DNA of 64,000 nucleotides from Octopus vulgaris (Eukaryota): NCBI GenBank assembly GCA_951406725.2, contig OX597815.1, positions 76,756,001 to 76,820,000 of the forward strand, read 5' to 3'. Shown piece by piece: positions 39,370 to 52,685 of this stretch (position 1 is its first letter; each line of letters starts with the position of its first letter). The notes under the pieces were generated by a model. It saw only the letters and a program-made list of their open reading frames with translations, ran no database searches and was not told where the DNA came from. The position numbers and the translations under genes were made by a program.

Positions 39370-41700
39370 ACAGTACAACTAATACCACTAAAGAAGGCCT
39401 ACAGCAACAAGTGATTACTTCTCCAGCTAGGGGAAATAACATACTTGATCTAGTCTTTACCAACAATATATACTTCATTCACAATGTTCAGCTCATTCCA
39501 ACAGCTATCTCCGATCATAACATTATGCAATTTATTTATATATGGTTCATAGAAAGCAACACACACTACTTCAAACATGATTCACTCTTCATGACTCTGA
39601 ATTTCAAGATGACCAGGTAGAAAGAAATCGATACTGTAATCCTCAAAAACAAACTGGTCTCGGCATATCGGTAACCTTAATGTTAACGAGGGTATGAAGT
39701 TTCTGTATGAAGGATTAATAAAAATTTGTCGAAAGTATACCCCATATTAACTCGCCTATTTCTGAAAGAACTTGATTCCACGAGTCTGACTGATACTAAT
39801 GTATAACAGAAACAAATTGACAAAACAACTAAAAAAAACTAAACAAATTCAACATATGAGATTTTTAAAAAAAACAAGGAAACATTGAAATAGACCAAAA
39901 AGTATCTTGTGAAACAGAAACTTCACTAAAAGGACACAGAGCAGTGGAGAATATAAAATAGAATCTTGAGTCCTTTTTCCAATTTGCCAAACAAAAATCA
40001 TCTACACGTAACCAGATTTGTACCCTAATGAACCAAAATGGATCAAAAACAAGTGATTCATAACAAATATTCAAATTCTTGAGTGAAAAATGTAACTGCT
40101 TTTTCCTAACCTATAATGAACAAAATATTACATAATCCAAATGAATACTTTGATCTGCACAATTCAACTGCAGAGATACGTCTAGAAATTGATACTACTG
40201 AAAACGTGCAAAAACAAAACAACCTCACCAAACCATTAAAGATGCTATTTCAAAAGTTTCTAGATACCGGCTTATTTTCAGAACTAGTGAGAGACTTAAT
40301 ACTAACATCAATATACAAAGGAGGTAGCTAGGCTGAAGCTAAAAATTACAGACCTGTTTCTTTTACATTTTACACCTCTAAAATTGTTTATCGCATTTTC
40401 TGATAAGAGAATAATTACATACATTAGCGGGGAAAAAAACTCATAAATAACACACAACATGGTGATGTTGCCTGTCACTATAACATTACCTTGATACTAT
40501 CCTCAATTATCTCATGAGAGGAATGAACACTGACTGTACATACCTCGATTTTGCTTAAGCGTTTGACATAACTTAGCATGGAATCACCTGTCATATCTAA
40601 GGGATCTTAGTATAACAAGAAAACTCGGAGAATGGCTTGTTATGGAATAAGAATCAATCTGTTGTTGCAAGCGTTTTTCTCTCCGCAAAGTCACTCGTAG
40701 TAAATGGTATTCCACATGGCACGGTTCTAGGACCATTCTTATTTATCATCACCCTCACAAGTTTTATCGGCCAACTCACGAGCTATTCATGACTATCAAA
40801 ACTCTAGAAGATGTGACACTTCAAAATGAGTTAAACCTCACCAATGGGCAGATAAAAACAATATGAAATTTAATACATCAAAATTTTAGGTTCTGCATTT
40901 CGGAGGGATTACACAGGTCGCATTATTTGACACCAGAGAACACAATGATTATGAGAGCTAATCATATGTGGCACTCGGTAGTAATCATTTCAAATGATGC
41001 ATCTTTCAACAGCTATTTCACCAAACGGATCTTTAAATGCAAGTATCTCATGAAATAGACTCTACGAACATTCGTAACAAGAGATCCGGTAGTTATACTA
41101 AATATGCAAATCTTAGTTCTGAGCAGATTAAATTACTACTCACACCTCTGCACTCCAGACTCATCCAGTCTCATAGAAAATATTAAAGGGTTTCAAAGAA
41201 AGTTCACTAGTAAATTAACTTCACTTAAAAGTCTTATTTACTGGGAACGTTTGAAAGCTCTGCAGTTCTACTCTCCTCAACGCTGAAGAGACAAGTATAC
41301 TGTCATATACATACGAAATTCCTGAAGGAGCATGCTTCGGCTTCAGAGAGAATTTTAATGCACGAACTGGTAGACAGAGTCAGCTTTCAATACCCCAAAA
41401 TGCGGAACCACGAACAAAAACTATCTAGTGCACCACTCTGATATTTAGATGTCCTCAGTTGTTCAACTTCCTACCTAAAAAATAAAAAATAAAAGAAAAA
41501 AGCAGAAATATAAAAGGGACCCCTTGTGAAATGCAAAAACATTAGATAAACTCCTAACGATGATACCCGGGCTAGCCAGCCCTTCATGGAATCACTCAAG
41601 GAATGTCAGTTGCTACAAACACAATCATCGGCCAATTTTCAGCCATTAAGCGACAACAAAACTGAAGGAAAATAAATTGAAGTGGTGATCCAATATAGCC
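39370..41700 (+). mobile_element. Decayed LINE, longer copy of 26700-28174 that retains the 3' RT region
   Basis: Same endonuclease/RT motifs plus LVLSRLNYYSHLCTP...IKGFQRKFT...YWERLKALQFYSPQR, typical of the CR1/L2-type C-terminus. Confidence 0.85.
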
Positions 41701-43499
41701 AAAGTTCTATGACTGAAGCCACTAAAAAAGTAAACGAACAGCTACAAAAGCTAGTACAATACGAAAACTACTCTCTGAGTCTCTGTGATTAGTACCCCGT
41801 GACAGGTCGAGGGGAGATGACCATCAATCACGTAAAAACGCAGTTTTTACATCACAGTATCCCCATTCTGGAAGAATGCTGTGACAGCGTCTAGGGGGTC
41901 TCTCACTAGCCGTGGCTTTACTGCATGCCCTGGCATGAATCAAGGTTATAACTGCGTCCCCGAGTTCAGATGGATTGTCATCACATATGCCAGGTAACCC
42001 ATAGATAGGATCCTGACAGGTGCTACTACTCCAGGACAGAAGAATAGTAGCTAAGAGATGGTTTCACCCCAACACACAATATATATATATACACAACACA
42101 TACACACACGCACACACACAAATATATATATATATATATAAATGGCAATTTCTGTCTGTCTCTCTGTCTGTTCGTCAGTCTGTTACGATCTTGCCTGCTC
42201 AAACCAGGGAACCAATCTTCACCAAACTTTGTATACATGTTGAACTAACATCCAATTCAATTATAGGCTAATTAGATTTCAATAAAAATCGATAATGTAC
42301 CGACTACAGGTGTTGGGGCTATTACATGATAAAATGAGAGGAGTGCAAAAGTGTTAGGTTCAAGGAAATGTGGCATAATGAGGGTGGCTAATATCAGGGA
42401 AGAGGGAGGAGAAGAAAGAGATAGACACACAAGGGATGTGAGAGACTGAGAAAGCCACAGACAAGGACACTTCCATACACATAAAAAAGAGTCTGTGTAT
42501 ATGCGCGCGCGCGTATCTTCCTTATACATTCAAAAATTAATCAATTAACTAATTAATAGGAAAATACAATATAAGATATTCTGGGTTATAATAGATTTCG
42601 TTATTCTTTACAATTATCTTTAAAATTTTTTTTTAATGTATCATGTAGATGTAATCATTGATGTTGCATTCTAATTTGTTATTCATTTATTCCAGAAAAA
42701 TTTTGCGAAAATGTTACAGGTGTTCAAAGTTTGATCATTTTCAGAATTTTCAGCGAATATCAGAAAGTAGCAAGTTCACTGACTCTTCCAACAACGATGA
42801 GGTGGGGTGGGGTGGAGGTATCAGCATGTCAAAACATTAAACTAGCTACGCGAGCAAATTAAATATCTAAAACCTACGAACAAACAAGCCAACAGGAGTT
42901 GCAAGAAATAGCAGTCAAAACATTAAATATACACGAGCAAAGTTAATGTTAAAACATTCGCGAGCAGATTAAATATTTAAAAGCTACGAACAAGTCAATA
43001 GGAGTTGCTAGAAATAACAGTTAAACATTGTTTGAAACAGACATTTATTAGTTAAGAAAATTCAAGAACGAAAGTTTGCAATACACTCTAGGATTTTATA
43101 AAATAAATTATCTTTCTTGTATCTCCTTCTCCACATAAATTCACAAATATAAGAGTCAACCGTGCCCAGGTACATTCAATTTGCTGAGTGTGAGACCTAT
43201 CTGTTAAGAAAACAAACAATTATAGAACAAGTGGTAGCTACACTCCTTGTGCGCATGCACAGCACCTTTTGTTACTATAGAAACAAGGTTTTTTGCAGTC
43301 AGCTATGGAACACATGGTGCTTCTTTGCTTTGGTTACTATAGAAACAGACTTCTTCACTACGTTGAAGTCTAAAATTCTCGCTTCTGATTAGCTAAAATA
43401 GCAAAATTTTGTAAATTTTAAAGGCTAATTACTTTTTAATTGTAGATTCATAGGGAAAATGAATTTCATTTTCATAATTAGTATACAAAACTTAATCCA

Positions 43500-44933
43500 T
43501 ATACCAAATTTGAAAACAATTGGAACAAAATTGTAAACAGTACCGAAAAGCACAAAGATCCGCATTCCATATCAGGCCCAGCGCTCCGCATGTAGACCCT
43601 GCCAAAAAGAAGCCCTCGGGATATTAACTCATTACTCACCGCAATCACTCAAACAAAACGAAGCCTTCACAACTTGTAAACACAAATTTTTCCGCACATT
43701 TAAATGTTTCCTTAAATCAAAGTGTAAACTTATTCCTCATACATAACGCTTACTTGCATAATTCCATGGTCGTTATAATATACCTATGTCTATCCCCTAA
43801 TTTTCTTCACCCTCAGCATTAGTACCTTAGAGGAAACCTGTTAATTCTTTACTGTAACCTTTATCTCCTAAACTTGAAACCTTAGCCTCCTAGACCCCCA
43901 AATCTTAAATTGTAACTTTTATTTCTAAACAATTAAATATTTAACTTGTTTCTCCATTCATGCCTGCCTCTCCATTCATCATTTAATATACTCATACCAC
44001 CATAGGTAGGAATATTTCTCATACTACTGACCATAGCCATTCAACAGACGCAAATATTTACTGCTTGACCTTATGTCCCAACCCTAAACTTGAGGAGTAG
44101 TGCTGGCATCTATTATTCTCTTTATTTCTTCTCCTCATTTTTTTGAATACCATTTATTTTTATTTTTCCATCCCTTTATCTTCCTCCTCTCTTCCGTTAT
44201 CGGTACCCTTATTTTACAATTAATTCTCATTTACTCCTTTTATATCTCTATTTCTTCTTAACCTTTTAATTTTCTTATTTCCTTATTTTTTTACTCGATA
44301 TTTTTATATTTCTCTCCTTATTTTATTCTTTTGACCATTGCCGTAGACCAATCGATGCTAATGACCTGCCAGTTACCTTCCACCTCCTCTCTCTATCCCC
44401 ACAGGCTACCCTACTACTACTTCTCTCCGTCTCTTCATTAGTTTCTCTTTCCCTTTCTCTTTCTTTCTTTCTCTACTTTGCTCAATAGTCACATCTACTG
44501 TCATTCTCTCACAAACCAGCCACATCAATATGAACACACTATTCCCATTCCTGCCAAAATATTGCCTCGATATTTATGCTGTGAAAACACTAATTATACT
44601 TTACTATAATAATACCTGGATTTACCTAGGATTTTACCTAAGGACATGCAGACTAACATTCATACCCTCGTAAAAACGAACTATGAATTTTATTTCTTTA
44701 TTTCCTTATATGCTTATTATCTGTAAATATTCCTGTCTACATCTCTTATCTGAATATTTCCATATCTAGATCCGTCATATTTTCTATTTGTCTCTGATGA
44801 CAGAAAACCCCATATTCAGGCATACTCGCCTATCACTTGGGATATTCCAGAAACAGCTGTAAGACGTCAAATAATTTAAGAATAATAATATATATGACTT
44901 GAGATGCTTGTTATGCTTTCACGTTTGTTGTCC

Positions 44934-44940
<7 letters not shown>
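43500..44940 (+). mobile_element. Penelope-like 3' remnant with hammerhead-like motif (44790-44865)
   Basis: Pyrimidine-rich tail followed by GTCT-CTGATGA...GAAACAGCTGTA-AGAC; coding homology is too decayed to read confidently. Confidence 0.5.
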
Positions 44941-44969
<29 letters not shown>

Positions 44970-45453
44970 TTTCTTATGAAACGCTAACTGTGACAAAATG
45001 TGAAGCTTCACATTATATCATGGTTTCAAAAACACCCCGTAGCTTATGATAAAATTTAATCATAATAATAATTGCAACATTAAAATTTCACTTGAATATG
45101 GTTCAAGGTTGATGTGTATTTAGTCCTCTATTTTATTCCCAGATATTAGCAGGATTACATATTGATAACCGGCAACAAAGAATTCGATTATTTGTATGTT
45201 TCGTGAATCATATTGCTGCATCTAAACTTTTTATATGAGATTTGTAACACGAGACGATAAAATATCTTATAATTTTAGATCTGTTATATGAATACATGTC
45301 CCGAAATTATACATATAGAAATATATTTAAATCGCTAAAATCAATAAATTTTAAAATTTTCTAACAGGCAAATTCTTGCCAACTCATTTCTTTCTGGCGT
45401 TTATCAACCAAAGTATCAGAAAGTTGTCTCCGACCAAGTTTGTAATCTGCAGA

Positions 45454-45606
45454 TCACCCCATTATTGATATGAATTCGTCGTCTAAGGGTGGATCCGCTT
45501 CTGATATACGAATCAAATTAATTTTGGATGGAATACGATCAGCAAAAATGGTTTCAAAATATCCAGCAACGACGAAAATATAGAGGATCAGATTAAGTTT
45601 ACACAT
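45454..45606 (-). CDS. G5: truncated tachykinin-like precursor (50 aa) ending SEA-DPPLDDEFISIM-G-stop; functional status uncertain
   Basis: ATG at 45606 and TATAAA at 45663-45668 (spacing as in G2); signal MCKLNLILYIFVVAGYFETIFA; TGA corresponds to CGA (Arg) in G3; the upstream dibasic site is RI rather than RR/KR. Confidence 0.7.
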   Translation of the reverse strand: MCKLNLILYIFVVAGYFETIFADRIPSKINLIRISEADPPLDDEFISIMG

Positions 45607-48600
45607 GTTTAGGATAGAAATTACAATCACTATTTGCATTGAAACTCACACATTGCTCGGGCTTTATATTAGTTTCTTTTCAAATTCTATGAGAAAAAAC
45701 CCCACCTGTTATACTATTAAAATGCTTACCTAATTCACATTTCCATTTGCAGAGTAAACAAAGTTTAAGATATACACGAGCATTGTACATGTTCAACACA
45801 CGTTCATTTATTGCTTACTTCTGATCATCTAATTATTTATTGATTATTCTCTTAACCTTTCGCGGGCCGGCGGGGTTGCAATTACACAAAAGGCCATTGG
45901 GGTTCCCTTTTACTTTCGCGCATTCCTGCATTATCCACAAAGTAATATTAGTTTAATCGTGTATATATGTGTGAGTGCACGATACAGAACAAGAAATTTA
46001 TCAATTTTTTTTATAGTTTTATAAACTATTAATAAACCACTAAATATAACATAAAACAAAGAAGTATACCGATGTATACCAGTACAAATACGAAGTAAAT
46101 TGACTTATATTTCATCAGAACATCTGAAAAAAGAACTAAAAGAAATAATTTCACAGAAGACCAATGGAGTCCAGTTGGACCCCAATGACCATATTTTATG
46201 CTATAACTCAAATTTTGTCTGTGCATACGTAAACTATTGACAATAAAAGTAATTTAAATATAAAATGTAAATCATGGGGAATTAACCCATAGATTTAGGA
46301 TAGCTCTGAAAAATACCAGACTCAACGTTAAGGTCGTTTAGAAAACAGGGAAGTCCATCAGGTCACAATTATATAGAACACACCCCTTCGAAAATACCAT
46401 ATGCACTAATGAGAACTATGTAGTATGTAAATTTAACCCCAATATTAACTGTAAAACTAGGAACGTAGTTTACAGCATAAGGTGCTTGAAAAGAGTCTGT
46501 AAGGACAGAAACACGGTATATATTGAGAGGAATTCTAGGGTATAATGGAGTGGCTAAACGGGTACTAGAGCGAGTATACTGACAAGAAACAATCGTCCAT
46601 ACTCTATCAACATACCAAAGACCAACATGGTGGCTCGCTGGACCGAATTGACACTCGTATTTTGTACAAAAACCCAAGAGACAAATACAAGAGTACACCC
46701 TCATAAATGAAATATTATCCATACTAAATAGGAAATACACGTAGAAGTTAAGGATACGCCAATGCCACATATAGCACTCACGCAACATACATAGGTCCAT
46801 TCGTAAGTAGGCAGTCAAGTAGATAAATGGGTAGGTAGGTAGGTAGGTAGGTAGGTAGGTAGGGAGACGGGTAGGTAGTTAAGTTAGGTCAGTTATATAG
46901 ATTGTTAGTTACTTAGTAAATTATGTAGGTAGATAGGCTGGGAGTCAGGCAAGCTAACTGGTAGGTAGGTTGGTTGGTAGGTAGGTAGGTAGGTAGGTAG
47001 GTAGGTAGGTAGATAGGTAGCTAGGTAGGTAGGTAGCTAGGTAGAAAGATAGATAGATATGTACGTAAGTAGGTAGTATATACATAGGTAGTACGGACAG
47101 TCATGCACGTACAGATACACAATAGTAGACACACACAAAGAGGCAGAAACTTGAATATATACACATATACACTCCACACATGCATACACACACATACATA
47201 TATAGGTACACATGTCTACACAACAGACGTGCGTGCGTGTACACACACACACACACACATACTCCTTTTAATAGACACTCAAGCACGCACCCACAAGGAA
47301 GCAGAAGTACACAGATAAACACATACACACACATAACAAACACACAAGCACGCACACCCACAGACACATGAACACACAGAAGAATACATTCATACATATA
47401 TACGCATGGATGTATACACGCGCACACTGGGACACACACGCGCGCATGCAACAAGGTCGCAAGCAGACAAACGCAATCTCTGTAGCGGACGAAGTCGAAA
47501 GTGATTGAAAAGGTTGCAGGTAGCAACGAAAGAGCTTTGACAAACAAAACCAAAACAAATGACTTACTGTTCAACCAAATTAAACAAACAATCGATTAGT
47601 TAGTCGGATATTTATCCAACTGACCAATAATAAAAGGATGGAATTGGACCCGTGCGAGTGTTAATAAGATTGGCATAATGATTCTCTCTAGTCACGACAA
47701 ATCATACCGAATATAAATCATACGGAAACCGTTATCTTCCCTTTCTTTACTGATACTTTGAATCATTGATAAATTTGATAAAATGTAGATTTCCATGTCT
47801 AAGTTAGCCACAAATTTAGGTATGCCTTTTAAGTACCTCAGCACTTGAATAATACTCCTTTTAATGACCCCAGATTGAGGGACAGCAAACTCAACTTCCG
47901 CCACTTACATAAATATTAAGTATTATCTGAAACATCTTGCAGACTCATTCACTTGTAACAAAATATTGTTGAACATACACAATCCAGATATTATGTCTCT
48001 AAACAGAATGCATTATGGAATGTTCAAGTTCAATCATCACAGAATTCAATTAATAATTAGGAAAATCAAATACAACGGGATAATAGATTCGAATCAGTGT
48101 CTTCCAATCTCACTAATACTTCAGATTATTATACATTAATCCATCAGTTAATAATTACGTTGATATCGGATTATCTAGTAGTTGGGAACATTTCTCATAT
48201 CAATTGTGTAAAACATCGTAAACAAAAATAGGGAAAAGAAAATTATCTGAATTTTCAAGTTCTCTACATTTGTTGGGTGGTGGATTGACAACAGCATCAG
48301 AGACATATGGCATTTTTTCCAGCTTTTTACATCTTGACTTAAGATATCACCGTAAAGTACCAGCTATGTACTTGATCTATGTAATCCACTAACTTCTTCC
48401 TCATTAAATTTCCCTTGTGCATATATTAACAAACAATTAATCTAGCAGACATTTCTATGATTAATCAAGATTACAACAATACTGCATTAACATACGAAAT
48501 AGAACGGTTGCTATTATGCCACTAATAGAATATATATTTAATCATTCAAACTGATAAGTAATTGTAGTCTAGAAGTCCTCCAGGTTTCTTTCCTTGTAAG

Positions 48601-50614
48601 TATGCCGAGTAATATTGCATCTGAAGATCCACAAGAAAACCACTTATCCGATAGGTTACTTATTTTTATTGTTTTCACCATATTACAACTGAAGATGTAC
48701 AAAGTTGTGGAAAAAATGCCATTAGCTTGGCTGTTAATTTTATTGGAAAACCTTCCCGATAGGTAAATCTCAGAAATACAAATGTACGTTTGGAGAAATG
48801 TATAAAGATATTCAAATGAACATTTTTTTATTGAACCATTCCCACCAGACAAATAAACGATAGACGTCGCCCTTTTCATGCCTAGCCAGGTTCATGGGCC
48901 CGGCTTCCCTGTTTCCGTGGCGTATGTGTTCCCCTCAGCTGGGCGGAACGCCAGTCCATCGAAGCGTTACTCAAGAAACAGGAAGAGAGAGGGAGAGAAT
49001 GTTGGGGCGATCCTCCGACCGCGAGTCCGCTGCCCTAACCTCTGGGCCATTGCGCCTCCCCCTCCAGACAAAAAGAAAATTAATTTAGATGCAAACAAGA
49101 ATACCATAAAAATAATCGAAAATGTATTTTGTATGCAGTGATTTCTTATTTCATTAAATGGGAATTATGACAATAACGAGATAACTGCAAATGAAATGCT
49201 TCTCTATAGTAAAAATTGTGAATTATGCGGTGCGTTCCAGGAGTTTTGAGACATTTTTTTTTACACGAGAGGCATTTATATCTATGCTTTATTATTGTAA
49301 CTTTAATATATCATTACTATATATTGTGAGTCAGATGCATAAGATAACCGGCCAGCTTTTGTTATTCCAGATTGAAGGAGACGGCTGCAGCAGCACTTTA
49401 AACACAACCTACTAAATATTGCTTCTTTGCTAGTTAGCAGAATGCAGCCGGGACATTTTGGAAGTTCGCTATGCAATAAAGTTTTGTGTTAAACTTGGTA
49501 TAAACACTACTGAACATTATGAAATGCTCCCAGGTCATTTTGAATAAACTTTTTTCGCTGGCACAGGAATTTCAAGGACGGTAGAAAGATAAAAGTAACG
49601 ATAAGAGGTGTGGGAGGGAGACGGATGTCAGAGCATCAAAGGTCGTTGAAAAGAATTCGCAAGTTACTTGATGAAGACCGTCGCGTGTCTACAAAGACAA
49701 TAAACCTACATTTTGGAGTGAGTTTGACAAATGTACACAGGTGTTTTTCTCTAAAATCTGAACATGTTCAAAATTTGTGCAAAGTTTGTTCCCAAGGTGT
49801 TCGATAATGAGCATCCTGGTGACCAACTACTTGACAGAGACGGGCATCAAAACTGTCTCTCATTCTTCCTGCTGTCCTGACCTTGTTCTTTGTGACTTTT
49901 GGACGTTCCCCAAGCTGAAGGAAAACTCCAATGGCAGTCGTTTTGAGAATGAAGTCCCCCAAAGTGAAGGTATCCAGGACTCTTGTCATGAACACCTCCA
50001 CTTTGAAGAAAATCCATGGGGCCTTCACGAAATAGCTGGAGCGCTACAGCAAGTGCATTGAAGTCAGAGGACCCTGCCTCGAAGTAAATTAGAGCTTTGT
50101 ACTACTCTAAAATGAATGTTTCTCCTGAAATGTCTGAAAACTTCTGGAATGAACCTTGCATATTACCCAATATTTTAGGTTTCCTTTCTACCAAAACATT
50201 TTAGCAACTATTAGCATTTCAAATACTTTTTAAAGTATCTTTTAACAATGGAAAAATATTCATCAAAAACTTGTTCGACTGGCTTTTCTTAATACAGCGA
50301 GATACAGCGAAGGATATCAATATAATCCAACACACACTTACAGTGATGATTTCTTAAGTAGTAGAGCCTTTTGTAATCTAAAATAATAGAATAAATTAGA
50401 TTGTTGTAATACACTTAATCTGTGAGCAACAGATGTAAACAACAATATTTGCAATGTAAGCTGTTTTAACACTGCTTACTGAGCGCACGAGGGTATAGCA
50501 AAGGATCAATAAAATTGCAGCCAAACACGTGCATAACATGAATATGCGACAGAACAATGACTGAATCAATGCTATAAAAGAGAGTTGAAACAGACAACAC
50601 TAAACATCTTCAAC

Positions 50615-50885
50615 ATGGTTAAAATTGTCAGTTTAATTTATGCAGTCCTCCTGGTTGGGCTTCTGGAGACGTGCATTGCAAGAAGTGAAATTGTGTACGA
50701 AGATAACCTGTCTAGAGCTGGAGGTCTTCGTGATGCTTTCTCTCTTGAAAAACGCAGTGCTGTGTTTTCTAACAGAGAAAAACGTCTTGTTCGAAGACCA
50801 AAGTATCGTCCATCCACTACAAGAAGCCCTTGCTATGGAATACTAATTGTCAAGTTATCAAAGTGTCTGGCTGAAACTTTACAGG
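50615..50885 (+). CDS. G6 exon 1: recent duplicate of G4 with frameshifted C-terminus
   Basis: Nearly identical to G4 through PCYGI; a 1-nt and an about 9-nt deletion shift the frame to LIVKLSKCLAETLQG and bypass the G4 stop; donor CAGG|GTAACG at 50885/50886 (phase 1). Confidence 0.75.
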
Positions 50886-52189
50886 GTAACGTATCCGATA
50901 AAATTAAATATGACTTTATATATTAACTAGCTGTTGGGCCCGGTGTTGCTCGTGTTTTCCGTGTTGAAGTTAAGCCCACCTCTGACCTTGTATTGAAATC
51001 TTCTACGTTCCCCGTGTCATCTTTTACCCATTGAGATTTTATATCTGGTTCGGCAAGGAATTTTACCTGGTTAACGCTTTGACAAACCCCTACTAACTGG
51101 ACCGTCTGAAATCGCAGTCAAACTTTTGGGTGTAGCTCGACCTGTTGGGAGTTATGTTTGTCTATTTCTCTCCCCTTAATTCCACCCTCTGTACAAAATT
51201 GATCAGCGTGTCCAATATCAGCAAAATCCGAAGAAAAGTGTTAAGGTTGCGTCATAAAATAGAATTCATGTGGCCCATTCACATGAAAATATCCTATTGA
51301 TTTTTAAATCCCAATTCATTATACGAATAATCGATGTTTTATATATCGAGATGTTTAATTTAATCATAGGTCAATTTTCTTCAAAATCAGTTTATTATTT
51401 TTATTATGAGAGAATTTTGACAATTTCTGTCTTTCACCAGTTTAATCTTAATTCTACTAAATGACTCCGATCATAAACTTTACCTAAATGTCAAATTTCA
51501 TCAAAACCGGATGAATTCTGTAAAAGTTACAGCATAAAATATCAATCCTATGGGTAATTGCATACAAAAGGTCTATTGATTTCTTAAAATCCCCCGCTCA
51601 CGCGCAATTATCGATTTTTTGTCAACTGTTCACGCTGGCATCGACTAATGGACACGAACCGTAATCACGTGTAAAATTTCTACAAAATCGATAAGTATGT
51701 CTCTAAGGCAATGCTTATTTGCATTTGTGCCCTTTCCACATCCTTTTCAATTAAATAAACACATTTACCATCTCTTGTACCACAAAATTTACTTACAGCT
51801 CAAATTTCATTAAAATCGGATAAAAAATATAAAAGTTACGGCCTATTGATTTCATAAAACCACTGCTCAGACGCAATTACCGATTTTTTTTCAACGCACT
51901 GCCATGAGCCTCACTCACTCATCTATTTTCATCAAAATCGGAAAAAATGCAAAAGCTGCAGGAAAAATAACATCGTTATGGAAATTTCCATTGAAACGTC
52001 CGATTGAGCTCACAAAAATCGACGCTAACTAAGCATTATCGAGTTTTCGAAAAATTCCGGCCTTATTTGAACTTCAAGGTATGTGATCTACCTATGTGCC
52101 CCAAATCATTAAAATCGGTTGGACGGTGTGGGAGAAGTAACCCCAAACACACACACAGACAGACACCATTACACATTTTTGTATTACAT

Positions 52190-52685
52190 AGAAAAATGCG
52201 AGCATGAAAAGTAATATTCTTAAGATTATAAACCTGGAAAAGTACAGGACAAGTTATTACACCGGTAAATATATAGGACAAACTATTACTTCAAGTAAAG
52301 TAAAGAATAAGAAACTTTTTACTTAAAATATTGCAGCAAAAAATGCCAGTTCTTCTAATTAGAGTTCTCATCTTTTAAATTTGTTGTACAAAACTGTTCA
52401 GCTTATTTGTTTGTCTAATTAGTCACTTTTTTGTATTAAAGATAGTAAATTAGCCAAATTCTACTTAAATAAGTATACTGTTATTTGTAAATTATAATAA
52501 AATAAGTTTTAATATTCAAATTTTAATTTTAGCTGCAATATTTTAAGTAAAAAGTTTCTTATCCTTTACTTTACTTGAAGTAATAATTTGTCCTATTCTT
52601 TTACAGGTGTACTAACTTGTCCTGTACTTTTCTAGGTTTATAATCTTAAGAATATTACTCTTCATACTCGCATTTTTCCATGTAA
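52190..52685. mobile_element. MITE-like element with about 150-bp terminal inverted repeats in the G6 intron
   Basis: 52190-52340 is the reverse complement of 52530-52685 with few mismatches. Confidence 0.7.
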
